A DNA stretch of 61,549 bases, counting the filler, from Desulfobacterales bacterium (lineage in GTDB: Bacteria > Desulfobacterota > Desulfobacteria > Desulfobacterales > Desulfatibacillaceae), in the NCBI GenBank assembly GCA_020057225.1. It is 4 parts of 4 records of this genome, joined end to end, with 100 filler letters (N's around TTAATTAATTAA, not from the genome) between each part and the next. Parts side by side here need not be neighbours in the genome. Positions count along the whole stretch, not along the records: positions 23,022 to 43,471 come from JAGVGH010000180.1; 3 more parts are not named here. One strand, given 5' to 3'. Below, piece after piece: positions 28,134 through 38,387 of the stretch. Under the pieces are notes generated by a model that was not told where the DNA came from, searched no databases, and saw nothing but the letters and a program-made list of their open reading frames with translations. The first letter of the stretch is position 1. The number at the start of each line of letters is the position of its first letter. Made by a program: the position numbers and the translations under genes.

Positions 28134-28739
28134 ATGGAGACGGCAACACAGGGCAAAACGGCGCGGGTGGTCATCGTGGCGGTGGGCGGACAGGGAAATC
28201 TGCTCACGGCCCGGGTGCTGGGGGAGGCCTGCATGGCCTCGGGAGTGCCTGTCCGCATGAGCGAAATCCACGGCATGGCCCAGCGCGGCGGAGTCGTGGA
28301 AAGCTCGGTGGTGGTTGGCCCGGCGCGGAGCGCCATCATTTCCGACGGAGAGGCGGACGTGCTTGTGGGATTCGAGCCCGCCGAGACCCTGCGCGCGGTC
28401 CGGCGCGCCCACAAAGGAACCCTGGTCATCACCAACACAAGCCCCTTGCCGCCTTTTACAGCGGCCATCGGCAAGGGCGTCTATCCGGACGTGGAACGCG
28501 TGCTTGGGCTGTTACGGCAAAAGACCGCGCGGGTCATCTCCATGGACGCGCAAAAGCTGGCCCGGGAAGCGGGGAATCCGCTTTCCATGAACATGGTGCT
28601 TTTGGGCGCGCTGATCCGGACAGGAGTGTTGCCGGTGACGGCGGATGCCGCCAGGGAGGTGATCGCCACTGTCACCAAAAAGGCGTTTGTGACGGAAAAC
28701 GCGCGGGCCTTTGATTTGGGATATGAGGCCGCGGCGTAG
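28134..28739 (+). CDS. iorB: Indolepyruvate:ferredoxin oxidoreductase beta subunit
   Basis: VGGQG, SEIHGMAQRGGVV, NMVLLGAL, N.RAF; 3 nt after iorA. Confidence 0.93.
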   Translation: METATQGKTARVVIVAVGGQGNLLTARVLGEACMASGVPVRMSEIHGMAQRGGVVESSVVVGPARSAIISDGEADVLVGFEPAETLRAVRRAHKGTLVITNTSPLPPFTAAIGKGVYPDVERVLGLLRQKTARVISMDAQKLAREAGNPLSMNMVLLGALIRTGVLPVTADAAREVIATVTKKAFVTENARAFDLGYEAAA

Positions 28740-28818
28740 ATTCTATGTCGGGATTCCCGGTGTTTTTTACATGGATAATGTCTGTGCCAGGATTCTTGGG
28801 TTGAAATCCCAGGCTAAA

Positions 28819-28983
28819 GAGGCAATTGCAAAACTCATGGAAACGACAAATTTAACGTAGGCTGGATGGTTCCGCCCGTAGGGCAGGTTCATCCAACAGA
28901 TATGAATCATTTTAGAAATGTTGGGTGAACCCGGGCCTTGCGGCCCGGAACCACCCAACCTGCGCCAATTATGCAAGCACCTC
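28819..28983. mobile_element. MITE copy (GAGG-AATTGCAAAA family) with REP doublet
   Basis: Collinear with 21916-22081 and 60080-60244; lies between convergent genes. Confidence 0.75.
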
Positions 28984-28988
28984 TACAA

Positions 28989-30212
28989 TCAGATCTTCTT
29001 CATCCGGCCCTTGAGCCTTGGCAGGGCCTCCTCGTTTTCAGCCAGCACCGCCCGGGTTTCCTCCTTTGAGTACCCCAGCAGGTTTTGCAAAACCTGTTCC
29101 GTGTGCTGCCCAAGGTCCGGCGGCGGCGACGGCTCCCCCTCGATCTCCCCGGGCATCCGGAAAATACTCCCGATGGTCCGGTATTTCTCCCCGTTCACCT
29201 CCATCTCCCACACCATGTTGTTGTGGGCCACCTGGGGGTCTTCCACCACCTCCGCGTAATTCAGCACCGGCCCGCAGGCGATATCGTTTTCATCCCGCAG
29301 TATCCGCAGCCATTCCGCAGTCGTCTTTTGGGCGAGGGCCTCCTCGAACGCCTTGTCGAATTCCTGACGGTTGAAGATGCGGGCCGCCGTGTCCTTGAAC
29401 CTGTCGTCCGAGAGCATCCATTCCAGACCCGTGAGACGCAGCACTTTGTCCGCGTCCGTGGGCCCGATGGTCAGATAACTGTCCTTGGTGGGATACACGC
29501 CGTAAGGGGAAACCATGATATGGCGGTTGCCCTGCCGCCCCGGCGTCTGGCCCGTAAGGAAATAGTTTTGGAACATGACCTGCTGGAAAAGGAGAAGACT
29601 GTCCAGAAGGTTGGTCTCGACCCGCATGCCCTCCCCGTCCCTGCCCCGTTTAATGAGCGCGGCCAGCACCATCATGGCGCCCATGGTGCCCCCCAGCATA
29701 TCGGCCAGGGCCACTCCGCCGGGAATGACCGGCGCGCGGCCTGGTTCGCCGGAAATGCTTAGGATGCCCCCCTGGCCGCAGGCGATGATGTCGAAGGAAG
29801 GCAGGGACGCGTAAGGCCCCGTGGGTCCGTAGCCGGTGATGTCGCAGCGGATGATCCGGGGGTTGATATCCCGTAAGGTCTCGTAATCCGTGCCCTGGCG
29901 CTCGGGCACTCCCGCGCGGCTGTTGGAGATCACCACGTCCGAGACCCGCACGAGGCCCTGAAAGGCGCGCTTCCCGTGTTCCGAGGCGAGGTCCAGCACC
30001 AGGCCCTTTTTGTTACGGTTGAGGGCCGTGCTGTAGTAGAGAAGCGGCGAGGCCCTTTTTTCCCCAAGGCGCAGCATGTCCCCGACCGGAGACTCCAGCT
30101 TGATGATTTCGGCCCCGAGGTCCCCCAACAGCATTGTGCCAAAAGGCCCGGCGTGGGCCTGCGTCATGTCGAGCACCCGCACGCCCGACAATGGTCCTTT
30201 GGTTATCGCCAT
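28989..30212 (-). CDS. Family III CoA-transferase (CaiB/BaiF)
   Basis: PLSGVRVLD, AGPF...LLGDLGAEIIK.E, NRNKK...LDL, catalytic Asp in LADMLGG, PP.LGQHT. Confidence 0.95.
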   Translation of the reverse strand: MAITKGPLSGVRVLDMTQAHAGPFGTMLLGDLGAEIIKLESPVGDMLRLGEKRASPLLYYSTALNRNKKGLVLDLASEHGKRAFQGLVRVSDVVISNSRAGVPERQGTDYETLRDINPRIIRCDITGYGPTGPYASLPSFDIIACGQGGILSISGEPGRAPVIPGGVALADMLGGTMGAMMVLAALIKRGRDGEGMRVETNLLDSLLLFQQVMFQNYFLTGQTPGRQGNRHIMVSPYGVYPTKDSYLTIGPTDADKVLRLTGLEWMLSDDRFKDTAARIFNRQEFDKAFEEALAQKTTAEWLRILRDENDIACGPVLNYAEVVEDPQVAHNNMVWEMEVNGEKYRTIGSIFRMPGEIEGEPSPPPDLGQHTEQVLQNLLGYSKEETRAVLAENEEALPRLKGRMKKI

Positions 30213-30214
30213 GG

Positions 30215-30985
30215 TTATTCTCCTTGCTCTGGAAATTGGTTGTCCCCATCTCTGCCGCCGCCCGGATCAAAAACATACCCCACCGAGCGCAGGCTCTTGA
30301 AGAAAACAGGCTCCCTTGGATCATCCTCGAAGTATTTCCTTAAACGCACGAGAAAATTGTCCACTGTCCGCGTGTTGGTGCCGCCGGAGTATCCCCAGGC
30401 CAGCTCCAAAAGGTCTTTGCGCGACAAGGGCTTTTTCGGATTCGTGAAAAACACCTTGAGCAGGCGTACCTCCTGTTCGCTCAAGGCCAGTTTCCCGGTT
30501 TTGGTCCATGCCAGGTGTTCGGCGCAGGACACCCGGTTTGGACCGAATTCCACCACATCTTCCCCGGAGTCCGCGCTTTCCCGGGCGCGCTTACCCGCCC
30601 AGTCCGCCCGGGTGAGAAGCCTTTCGACCCGCATGAGCAGTTCTCCAAGGTCAAAGGGTTTGGCCATGTAGTCGTCCACGCCGCAGGCAAAGCCTTTGAT
30701 TTTGTCCCGGGTGTCGCCCCTTGCCGAAAGAATGAGCACGGGCGCCCGCTCGTCCTCGATGCGGATTGCCTTGAGGACGGAAATCCCGTCCATGCCTGGA
30801 AGCATGACATCCAGCACGACGAGGTCCGGACGCCATTCCTTGAAGCGGGCCAGGGCGCGCACCCCGTCGCCGCGGCATTCGGCCTCGTAGCCGCGCAGCG
30901 TGAGGTTGAGCCGTATGCCCTCGGCAATGTTGGGATCGTCCTCCACCACCAGAATTCTCTTTTTACCGGTGTCCTTGAGCGCCAT
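30215..30985 (-). CDS. OmpR/PhoB family response regulator
   Basis: ILVVEDD, LDVMLPGMDG, DDYMAKPF, winged helix RTVDNFLVRLRK, RSVGY. Confidence 0.95.
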   Translation of the reverse strand: MALKDTGKKRILVVEDDPNIAEGIRLNLTLRGYEAECRGDGVRALARFKEWRPDLVVLDVMLPGMDGISVLKAIRIEDERAPVLILSARGDTRDKIKGFACGVDDYMAKPFDLGELLMRVERLLTRADWAGKRARESADSGEDVVEFGPNRVSCAEHLAWTKTGKLALSEQEVRLLKVFFTNPKKPLSRKDLLELAWGYSGGTNTRTVDNFLVRLRKYFEDDPREPVFFKSLRSVGYVFDPGGGRDGDNQFPEQGE

Positions 30986-31017
30986 CGGGTTTCTCCCTGC
31001 CGCGCAAGGCGCGGGTA

Positions 31018-31689
31018 TCATTCAAACTGGGCGACGAAGTCGTCAAGCCTTTTGGAAAGCGCGGCCACGGTTTCTTCAAGGCGCTGCAGGCGCTCTTCCA
31101 AGGAGGCTGTCAAGGAGGCGGCCCCGCGCCTGTCCGCCGCGCGCGCCTCGGTCCGGAACGGCTCTTCCCGGGTGTACAGGGACAAATCCGGCTCCCCGGC
31201 GAGAAGCTGGGCGTAGCGGACCTCTTTTTGCCGGTGCCCCTGGGGCAGAACCATGACCAAAGGTCCGCCCGGGCGCTCCATGAGGCCCCCCAATACCCGC
31301 GTCACATCCTCGACAGTGGGGATTCCGTAAAGCCGCTGGCATTTTCCGCGCAGCTCTCCGGGTGTTTGCGGTCCCCGCAGAAGAAGCTCGCACATCACCG
31401 CCATCTCGGGATCGCTCAGGCCGAGCTTCCGCTTTATGTCATGCTCGTACTTTGGAACCCGGAATTCGGAGCTCAGGATCTTGCAGGCCAGCCCCTTGGC
31501 GCGCAGGGAGTCCACAGAGGAAATCACACGCTTGTCATCATAGTCCACAACCGGATCCCGGTTGTTTTTCTGGTTGCAGGCGTTGGTGAGCGCGTTCAGC
31601 GTCAATGGATAATATTCCGGCGTTGTGAGCTGCTTTTCGATGAGGCAGCCCAGAACGCGGACCTCCACGTCATTCAGAAGCGTGTCCAT
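31018..31689 (-). CDS. YceH/DUF480 family protein
   Basis: E.RVLGCLIEKQ.TTPEYYPLTLNAL..ACNQK.NR.PV; LLLRGPQT.GELR. Confidence 0.92.
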   Translation of the reverse strand: MDTLLNDVEVRVLGCLIEKQLTTPEYYPLTLNALTNACNQKNNRDPVVDYDDKRVISSVDSLRAKGLACKILSSEFRVPKYEHDIKRKLGLSDPEMAVMCELLLRGPQTPGELRGKCQRLYGIPTVEDVTRVLGGLMERPGGPLVMVLPQGHRQKEVRYAQLLAGEPDLSLYTREEPFRTEARAADRRGAASLTASLEERLQRLEETVAALSKRLDDFVAQFE

Positions 31690-32680
31690 CGCCTTGTCTC
31701 CCTGGTGTTTCCTGGACACCCGGCCCGGGTTCCCTGGCGCGCAGGATCACCGTGAACACAGTGCCTTTGCCCGGGCCTTCGCTGGACGCCTGGATTTTTC
31801 CTTTGTGCTGGCGGACTATCATGCGTGCAAGGTAGAGTCCCAGGCCGCTTCCTTTGCTCAACACAGTCTGGGGGTGCGGGGCCTGGAAGAATTTTTTAAA
31901 TATCTTTTTCCTGTATTTTTTTTCAATACCCATGCCGTTATCTGCAAAACGAATAATGGCTTTGCGTTTATTTTTTGTAAATGTTATGTCAACTCTTGGT
32001 ATATCAGAACTATTGTATTGAATAGCATTTGTTAAAAGATTCATAATAAGCATTTCAAACAGTGGAGGATTTATGTCACAAATAATCGGAATATTCTCTG
32101 GTACATGTATTTTAATATCAGCTTCCAAAAAAAGATGTTGATTATGTTCTATAAAACGTTTGACCAACTGTATTATATCAATCCTTAGATATTCTCCTTT
32201 GTAGCTTTGTGATTCTATTTTTGCGAGATTAAGAATTCTTGTAATATTATCTGAAAGTCTATCAATATCCTTTAGCATAAAATGTATATATTTTTTTCGT
32301 TCTTCTTCTGGAAAATCATGGAGCAAAAATGTTTGAAGATAGAGTTTGATAGATGTCACAGGTGTTTTTAATTCATGCGTAAAATTGTTGATAAAATTAT
32401 TTTGCATCCTGAAAAGCTGGGAAGCCTTTTGGGTATAGACAAAAATCATGTTGATTCCCAATAGGATTACCGCAAAGAGAATGGAAAGCGTGAGGATGAC
32501 GACCCATGTCCGCGCCGATGTGAATTCCCTGGAATCAATGTTAATACGCCGCGCAAGGGCCGCCAGTCCGGCGCTTGCCTCCACATACCAGTAGATATAG
32601 AGAAACAGGCACGCGGTGAGGGCCACGATGGACAAAACAAGAAGAAAAATGGGGTGGAAAAACCATCGCGGCTGGTTCAT
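31670..32680 (-). CDS. Membrane sensor histidine kinase
   Basis: Two TM helices, THELKTP H-box, NLLTNAIQY, DNGMGI, GSGLGL; start MNQPRWFFHP. Confidence 0.93.
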   Translation of the reverse strand: MNQPRWFFHPIFLLVLSIVALTACLFLYIYWYVEASAGLAALARRINIDSREFTSARTWVVILTLSILFAVILLGINMIFVYTQKASQLFRMQNNFINNFTHELKTPVTSIKLYLQTFLLHDFPEEERKKYIHFMLKDIDRLSDNITRILNLAKIESQSYKGEYLRIDIIQLVKRFIEHNQHLFLEADIKIHVPENIPIICDINPPLFEMLIMNLLTNAIQYNSSDIPRVDITFTKNKRKAIIRFADNGMGIEKKYRKKIFKKFFQAPHPQTVLSKGSGLGLYLARMIVRQHKGKIQASSEGPGKGTVFTVILRAREPGPGVQETPGRQGDGHASE

Positions 32681-33066
32681 GGCAAAAACACTTTCCCCGC
32701 GCACGGCGCGTTTGCCCCGCCTCCTTACGTCCGCGGCGTCCCGAATCCGCCCGGCCCGCCGGTCCGGGCCTGCCGCGGCGCACATAACGAAGCAGGGGTG
32801 GCTTTCTATAAGCCATAATTGTCCGCGCGTCCACCTCGAAATGGCAGAAGCAGGCTCCGGACCCTGGCATGCCGCGAAAAAAGCAAGGAGCCAGGGAATC
32901 GCGAAAAACACAAGCGCCCGCGGCAGCCCGATTTTATGCCTTGTCACCGGCAAGGCCCCTGCATTATACTGCTCCTCCACATCCAGGCGCCCGCGCGCCC
33001 GGCAGCGCCGGAACCGACGGGCCGTCCCTCCGGAAACCCCTGGCGCTTGAAGGCGGTTAAGAGGTC

Positions 33067-35559
33067 ATGGGCGAGGAAACCCTGAATTTCGAGCTTGCCG
33101 GCATCGAAGGCATCGAACGCATGTCCTTGCCGGTCTTTGTGGCTCAGGACGGGCGCGTGGTGTATCAGAACACGAGCGCCAAAACCTGGCTGGGGCGCGC
33201 GCTTCCGGAAAACGCGCCTCTGGGCGTTCTCCCGCTCATCGGCCCTCGGGACTCCGAAACGCTGCGCGCCTGCCTGGAGTCCGGTTTTCTGGACGGCCAG
33301 CCAAGCCCCCAAATACGGTTGCGCGGTGTCCCGGGCGGCGCGACTCCCGCCCTCCTGTTCCCCGCTGCCGGGGTGTTCGGGGACAGGCCCGCCGTGGCCA
33401 TCGTTGTCCGCGCGGGCCAAAAAGACTCCCTGGTTTTCCCCCCTGATTTCCAGCAAATGCTCGGCGTGCTCGACTCCTTGGAGGAAATTGTTTATGTGAG
33501 CGATCCGCAGACCTATGAAATCCTGTACGCCAACCCCGCGTTTCAGCATCTCCTTGGCAAAACAGGCGGCAAATCCTGCCACAAGGCGTTCCAGGGTCTG
33601 GACTCCCCCTGCCCCCTGTGTTCCAACGAACGGCTCTTTTCCCAAACCCCGCCCGCGTCCCAGGCCGTTGTGGAATGCAAAAACCTTCCCACAGGCAAAT
33701 GGCTGCGCTGCCTGGACAAGACCGTCTCCTGGCCGGACGAAAGACGCGTCCGGCTCACCATCGCCACCGACAATTCGTGGAGAATTCTTTTTCAGGAGGC
33801 CCTGGAACGCCGTTTCAGTTATGAAGACGGCCTCGTGGGCTGCTCGCGGGAACTTTTGACCCTTGCCCCCGACGCGGTCACCCGGGCGCTCGCGCGGCTC
33901 GTGTCCGCCTATGGAGTGGCCAGGGCCTCGGTGCTCCAGAACCATCCGGATAAAAAACTGGGACTGTGCGCGCGCCTCACCCATGAAGCCTGCGCCCAGG
34001 GAACCCTGCCGCGCCTCCAAAACCCTTTGTTCGGGCGCCTCCCCTATGCGAAACACCTTTCCCGCTGGCAGGATCTTTTGTCCCGGCGGGAGACCGTGAG
34101 CGGTCCCGCGGCCCTTTTCCCTGAAAATGAAAAAAACCTCCTTCTCAGCCTTGGCGCGGGCTCCGTGCTGGCGCTTCCCCTGTGGATTCAGGGGGAATGG
34201 ACCGGGTTTCTCCTTTTTGAAGACCCTTCGGAAAGCCGGGAATGGAGGACCGGGGACGTGCGTCTTTTAGGCATGGCCTCGGAGATGATTGGCAGTTTTC
34301 TCGGACACAGGCGTTTTGAGGAGGACAAAGAACACCTGGAAACCCAGCTTCACCAGGCCCAAAAGATGGAGGCCATCGGAACCCTTGCCGGAGGCATCGC
34401 CCACGACTTTAACAATGTTCTGGGATCAATCATGGCGTGCGCGGAGCTCATCGTCATGGAGCCGGACAACAAAGCCCTGGTGACCGACAATATCGGCAAG
34501 CTCCTTGGCGCAACCCACCGGGCCAAAGAGCTTGTGACGCAGATTCTCTCTTTCACACGGAAAAGCCGCAAAGAAAAACGGCCCGTCCAACTGCAGATAC
34601 TGGTCCGGGAAGTGGCGCGGCTCCTGCGCTCCACCCTGCCCGGCGCCATTGAAATCAAGCGGAACATTCCCAAAAACCTGGATCCGGTCCTGGCCGACCC
34701 CGCCCAAATCCATCAAGTGCTTATGAACCTCAGCGCCAACGCGGGGCACGCCATGCGGGAGCATGGCGGAACGCTCACCATCGCCTTGGACTCTGTGGTT
34801 CACCCGGACGGGGAAAAGGATTCGGACCCGGGAATGGCCCCGGGAAAATACGCCCGCCTCACCGTGAGCGACACCGGGTGCGGAATGGACGCGTCCGTGC
34901 TGGAACGGATTTTCGACCCTTACTACACCACCAAGGACCAGGGCGAAGGCACGGGTCTGGGTCTTGCGGTGGTGCGGGGCATTGTGCGCGGCCACGGCGG
35001 GGGGATTACCGTCATGAGCGAGCCGGGAAAAGGCTCTGTGTTCCGCCTCTACTTCCCCATGACCGAGGAGGCCGGGCAGGAGGAGCAGGAACCGCGCCCC
35101 GCCATCCATCAAATCAGGGGAATCGAGCGCGTGCTTCTCGTGGATGACGAGCGGGATCTTGTGGACTCGCTGCGCCGGGTCCTTGAAAACTTCGGATACC
35201 GGGTCACCGCCCTTACCAGCGGCCTGGAAGCGCTCAGGCTTTTCCATGCGGCGCCGGACGCTTTTGACATCGTCATCACGGACCAGACAATGCCCCACGT
35301 CACCGGAAAAACCCTTGCCGCGGAGGTTCTGCGCGTCCGCCCCTCGCTTCCCGTCATCCTTTGCACAGGCTATTCAGCCGTGTTCAGCCCCGAGGACGCC
35401 CTGAAAACGGGAATCACCAAATACATGTACAAACCCATCTCTTTTGCGGATTTCGCCCGCACGGTCCGGGAGGCGCTGGACCAGGCCAAGGGGAAAGACC
35501 TCTCCAATCCCGTGTCCGCCCCGGCCCCCGGCGCCGCACTTAAAGCGGTCAAGGAGTAA
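33067..35559 (+). CDS. Cytoplasmic hybrid histidine kinase (PAS-GAF-HisKA-HATPase-REC)
   Basis: QAQKMEAIGTLAGGIAHDFNN, QVLMNL..NA, GTGLGL, VLLVDDE, TDQTMP, KP. Confidence 0.95.
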   Translation: MGEETLNFELAGIEGIERMSLPVFVAQDGRVVYQNTSAKTWLGRALPENAPLGVLPLIGPRDSETLRACLESGFLDGQPSPQIRLRGVPGGATPALLFPAAGVFGDRPAVAIVVRAGQKDSLVFPPDFQQMLGVLDSLEEIVYVSDPQTYEILYANPAFQHLLGKTGGKSCHKAFQGLDSPCPLCSNERLFSQTPPASQAVVECKNLPTGKWLRCLDKTVSWPDERRVRLTIATDNSWRILFQEALERRFSYEDGLVGCSRELLTLAPDAVTRALARLVSAYGVARASVLQNHPDKKLGLCARLTHEACAQGTLPRLQNPLFGRLPYAKHLSRWQDLLSRRETVSGPAALFPENEKNLLLSLGAGSVLALPLWIQGEWTGFLLFEDPSESREWRTGDVRLLGMASEMIGSFLGHRRFEEDKEHLETQLHQAQKMEAIGTLAGGIAHDFNNVLGSIMACAELIVMEPDNKALVTDNIGKLLGATHRAKELVTQILSFTRKSRKEKRPVQLQILVREVARLLRSTLPGAIEIKRNIPKNLDPVLADPAQIHQVLMNLSANAGHAMREHGGTLTIALDSVVHPDGEKDSDPGMAPGKYARLTVSDTGCGMDASVLERIFDPYYTTKDQGEGTGLGLAVVRGIVRGHGGGITVMSEPGKGSVFRLYFPMTEEAGQEEQEPRPAIHQIRGIERVLLVDDERDLVDSLRRVLENFGYRVTALTSGLEALRLFHAAPDAFDIVITDQTMPHVTGKTLAAEVLRVRPSLPVILCTGYSAVFSPEDALKTGITKYMYKPISFADFARTVREALDQAKGKDLSNPVSAPAPGAALKAVKE

Positions 35560-35563
35560 CACC

Positions 35564-36265
35564 ATGCCAGCGGCGCCCCTGCGGTTCATGCGCGTGCTTG
35601 ACGGTCTGTGGCAGGTGGGAGGGGACGTGATCACCACTCCCGAGGACGCGGCGGTGTATCTTGTGCTGTTTGGCGGGGAGGCCGTGCTTATTGACGCGGG
35701 GTGCGGAAAACACCATTCCAAAATCGTTACCAACATCCAGGTCTGCCTGCCCCCCAAAACCCCGGTCACCCACATCTTTCTCACCCACTGCCATTACGAC
35801 CATGCGGGCGGGGCGCGCAAACTGGCTGAAAAGTACGGCGCCCAGGTCATTGCCCACGAGGCCGAGGCGGAGTGGCTCGAACAAGGAGACAACTCCGTGA
35901 CCGGGGCCTCCTGGTACGGGGCCACCATGGAGCCTGTCCGGATATCGCGCCGCATAACGCGCCCTGTGGAGCGCTTTTCATTTGGCGGGCACATCCTCAC
36001 AGCCCGCCACATGCCGGGCCACAGTCCCGGGTCTTTGGTGTACACAGCCGGGATGGAGGGCAAAACAGTGCTCTTTGGCCAGGACGTGCATGGGCCTGTC
36101 TCTCCCCAGCTTTTTTCCAACGCCAAGGATTACCGGGAGTCTCTGGAAAAACTTCTTGGACTGGGGGCGGATGTGCTGTGCGAAGGGCACCTGGGTGTGT
36201 TCAAAGGGAAAAAAGAGGTGGAGAAGTTTATCCGCCCGTACCTCGCCAAGGCCGCGCGGATGTGA
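35564..36265 (+). CDS. Metallo-beta-lactamase fold hydrolase
   Basis: LIDAG, THCHYDHAGG, PGHSPGS, CEGH. Confidence 0.92.
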   Translation: MPAAPLRFMRVLDGLWQVGGDVITTPEDAAVYLVLFGGEAVLIDAGCGKHHSKIVTNIQVCLPPKTPVTHIFLTHCHYDHAGGARKLAEKYGAQVIAHEAEAEWLEQGDNSVTGASWYGATMEPVRISRRITRPVERFSFGGHILTARHMPGHSPGSLVYTAGMEGKTVLFGQDVHGPVSPQLFSNAKDYRESLEKLLGLGADVLCEGHLGVFKGKKEVEKFIRPYLAKAARM

Positions 36266-36306
36266 GGCTTCCCCCTTGCTCCTCCCCGGCGCCAATTTAT
36301 CTTAAT

Positions 36307-36348
36307 GAGGCAATTGCAAAATGAGGCGTTGGGTGGTTCCGGGCCGCA
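36307..36348. repeat. Truncated end of the GAGG-AATTGCAAAA MITE family
   Basis: GAGGCAATTGCAAAATGAGGCGTTGGGTGGTTCCGGGCCGCA matches the starts of 54316 and 61452. Confidence 0.65.
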
Positions 36349-36364
36349 CCCCAGCTCCCGGCGG

Positions 36365-36853
36365 CTACAGCTTCCCCCCCAGCTTTGCCGACAGCCGCTC
36401 CCTCACCAGGTCCGGCACCATCCCGCTGATATTCCCGCCAAACCGGGCCGCCTCCTTGATAATCGAGCTGCTTGTGAATATCCACCGCATGCCCGTCATC
36501 AGAAACACCGTCTGCACGTCCCGGTTGAGCCTGCGGTTCATCAGCGCAAGCTGAAACTCGTACTCAAAATCCGAAACCGCCCGCAATCCCCGCAAAATGG
36601 CTGTGGCGCCTTTTGTCGCCGCGTACTCCACCAAAAGCCCGCCAAAGGTGTCCACCTCCACGTTGGGCATCGTTTCAATGCATTTTGAAATCATGTCTAT
36701 GCGCTCCTCGACCGTGAAGAGGCATTTTTTCTGGGGATTGGTGAGGATGGCGATGATTACCTTGTCAAACAGGCACGCGCCTCTCTGGAGGATGTCCAGA
36801 TGGCCGTTGGTAATGGGGTCGAAGGACCCGGGGTAGATGGCGGTCTTTCCCAT
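36365..36853 (-). CDS. coaD: Phosphopantetheine adenylyltransferase
   Basis: YPGSFDPITNGH, RGLRAVSDFEYE, SSS.IKE. Confidence 0.97.
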   Translation of the reverse strand: MGKTAIYPGSFDPITNGHLDILQRGACLFDKVIIAILTNPQKKCLFTVEERIDMISKCIETMPNVEVDTFGGLLVEYAATKGATAILRGLRAVSDFEYEFQLALMNRRLNRDVQTVFLMTGMRWIFTSSSIIKEAARFGGNISGMVPDLVRERLSAKLGGKL

Positions 36854-36898
36854 ACGCACCTGGTTTTCTGTTGAATGTTCCCCCATTGCGGGGCCGGT

Positions 36899-37453
36899 TT
36901 ACTCCGCTGGCGAAAAAAACGAGACAAGGGTTTTTCCGTAACGCCGCCGGTCTTCCAAAACAAGGCCGTCAGGGCCGTGTTCGATGGGGGAATGGATGTC
37001 GTGCTCCGCAACCACCAGGGCGCCTGGAGCCAAAAGCCCCTGGCGGACCAGGGCGTCAAGCGCCCGCTCCATGTGTCCCTCGGAATAGGGAGGGTCAAGG
37101 AACACAAGGTCAAAGCCCGCGCGGGGCAAGAGGGGAGGGGCAAGACCGGCGGCCGCGTCCAAGGCGAGCACCCGGGCGTTCTCCCCGGCCTTGACCAGGG
37201 CGAGGTTGCCATGAATGAGCGCCAGGGGGGCCCGGTTCTTTTCCACGAACACGCAGCGCCGGGCGCCCCGGCTCAAAGCCTCGATGCCCATGGCTCCGGT
37301 GCCCGCGAACAGGTCCAGGACGCGGGCGTCCACCACATGGTTTGCGAGGATGCTGAAAACCGCCTCGCGCACCTTGTCCGAGGTGGGACGCACTCCTGGC
37401 GTCTTGAGGGGCAGGAGCCTTCTTCCCTTGTATTTTCCGGCGATTACGCGCAT
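36899..37453 (-). CDS. rsmD: 16S rRNA (guanine966-N2)-methyltransferase
   Basis: MRVIAGKYKGR, RPTSDKVREAVF, LDLFAGTG.MGIEALSRGA, DPPY; next to coaD. Confidence 0.95.
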   Translation of the reverse strand: MRVIAGKYKGRRLLPLKTPGVRPTSDKVREAVFSILANHVVDARVLDLFAGTGAMGIEALSRGARRCVFVEKNRAPLALIHGNLALVKAGENARVLALDAAAGLAPPLLPRAGFDLVFLDPPYSEGHMERALDALVRQGLLAPGALVVAEHDIHSPIEHGPDGLVLEDRRRYGKTLVSFFSPAE

Positions 37454-37472
37454 GGCGTTTGGCAGGGCCTCA

Positions 37473-38138
37473 TCAGCGGAAGGTAAGCATTTCCCAGCCC
37501 CTTTTCCGGGCGGTTTTCTCCAGCTCCCGGGTCGGATGGACCACGTGGGCATGGCCTACGGACTCGAGAAGCGGAATGTCGGAATGGTGGTTTCCATAGG
37601 CGTGGGACATGGAAAGGTCAATTCCCTGTTCCCGTGCGAGGCGCAAGGCTACCTCCCGTTTTTTTTCCCCGGTAACCAGCCCGTCCTTGGGGTTTCCGGT
37701 GAGGAATCCGCCCGGTCCCACCTCCAAATCGGTGCAGAACAGGTGGTCAAAGCCCAGGTCCCGCCACACATATTCAAGCAGATAGCGCAGGGAGCCGGAC
37801 ACGAGGACCAGCACATGTCCCTGGCGTTTGTGCTCCTGGACCCGGGAGAGAATGTTGGGCGCGAAATGGGGAACGATAAAGCGGCGGTAAAACTCCTCGG
37901 TCTCGGCGGCAAAGCTGTCAAGGCGGCGGTTTCTATAAATGGTAAGGAGAAACCGCACCATTTTTTCCTCGGAGCACAGGTCGCGCTTGTACAGCGCGTG
38001 CAGCACAAGAAGTTTGGCGAGCCACCGGGCCTTGAGCCTGCCCCGTTCCCACAGGTATTGGATGCCGTATTTGCAGGAGTCGTCGTCAAGCAAGGTTTTA
38101 TCGAAATCGAAAAACGCCGCGACACGCTCTTTTTCCAT
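37473..38138 (-). CDS. HAD-IB family hydrolase
   Basis: AFFDFDKTL, LVSGS, K, AYGNHHSD.PLL. Confidence 0.9.
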   Translation of the reverse strand: MEKERVAAFFDFDKTLLDDDSCKYGIQYLWERGRLKARWLAKLLVLHALYKRDLCSEEKMVRFLLTIYRNRRLDSFAAETEEFYRRFIVPHFAPNILSRVQEHKRQGHVLVLVSGSLRYLLEYVWRDLGFDHLFCTDLEVGPGGFLTGNPKDGLVTGEKKREVALRLAREQGIDLSMSHAYGNHHSDIPLLESVGHAHVVHPTRELEKTARKRGWEMLTFR

Positions 38139-38387
38139 AATTTCCCCTGCCCGGGCGCTCCTGGCGCGCCTCATGTTTTTATCCAAAATTAAATATTTAC
38201 GGCGAGGCCGCCGATGGTGTCAAGAAAAAAAGAACGCCGTGGCAAGCCCTCTTCCGGCGGAAACAGACAGGCGGGCCAGAGCGGCCTTTCGTTGACAGGT
38301 CCGGCACCGGTGGCGTATAGCCTCGGAATACCGGCGGACCATGTTCCGGCAACCCCTTTCACAACCCGCGCCCCGAACGGAGGCCCC

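Noticed and set aside
31888..32465. Replication origin in the AT-rich patch
   Set aside because: No TTATCCACA-type DnaA boxes or dnaA/gidA context seen, and the patch is fully coding.
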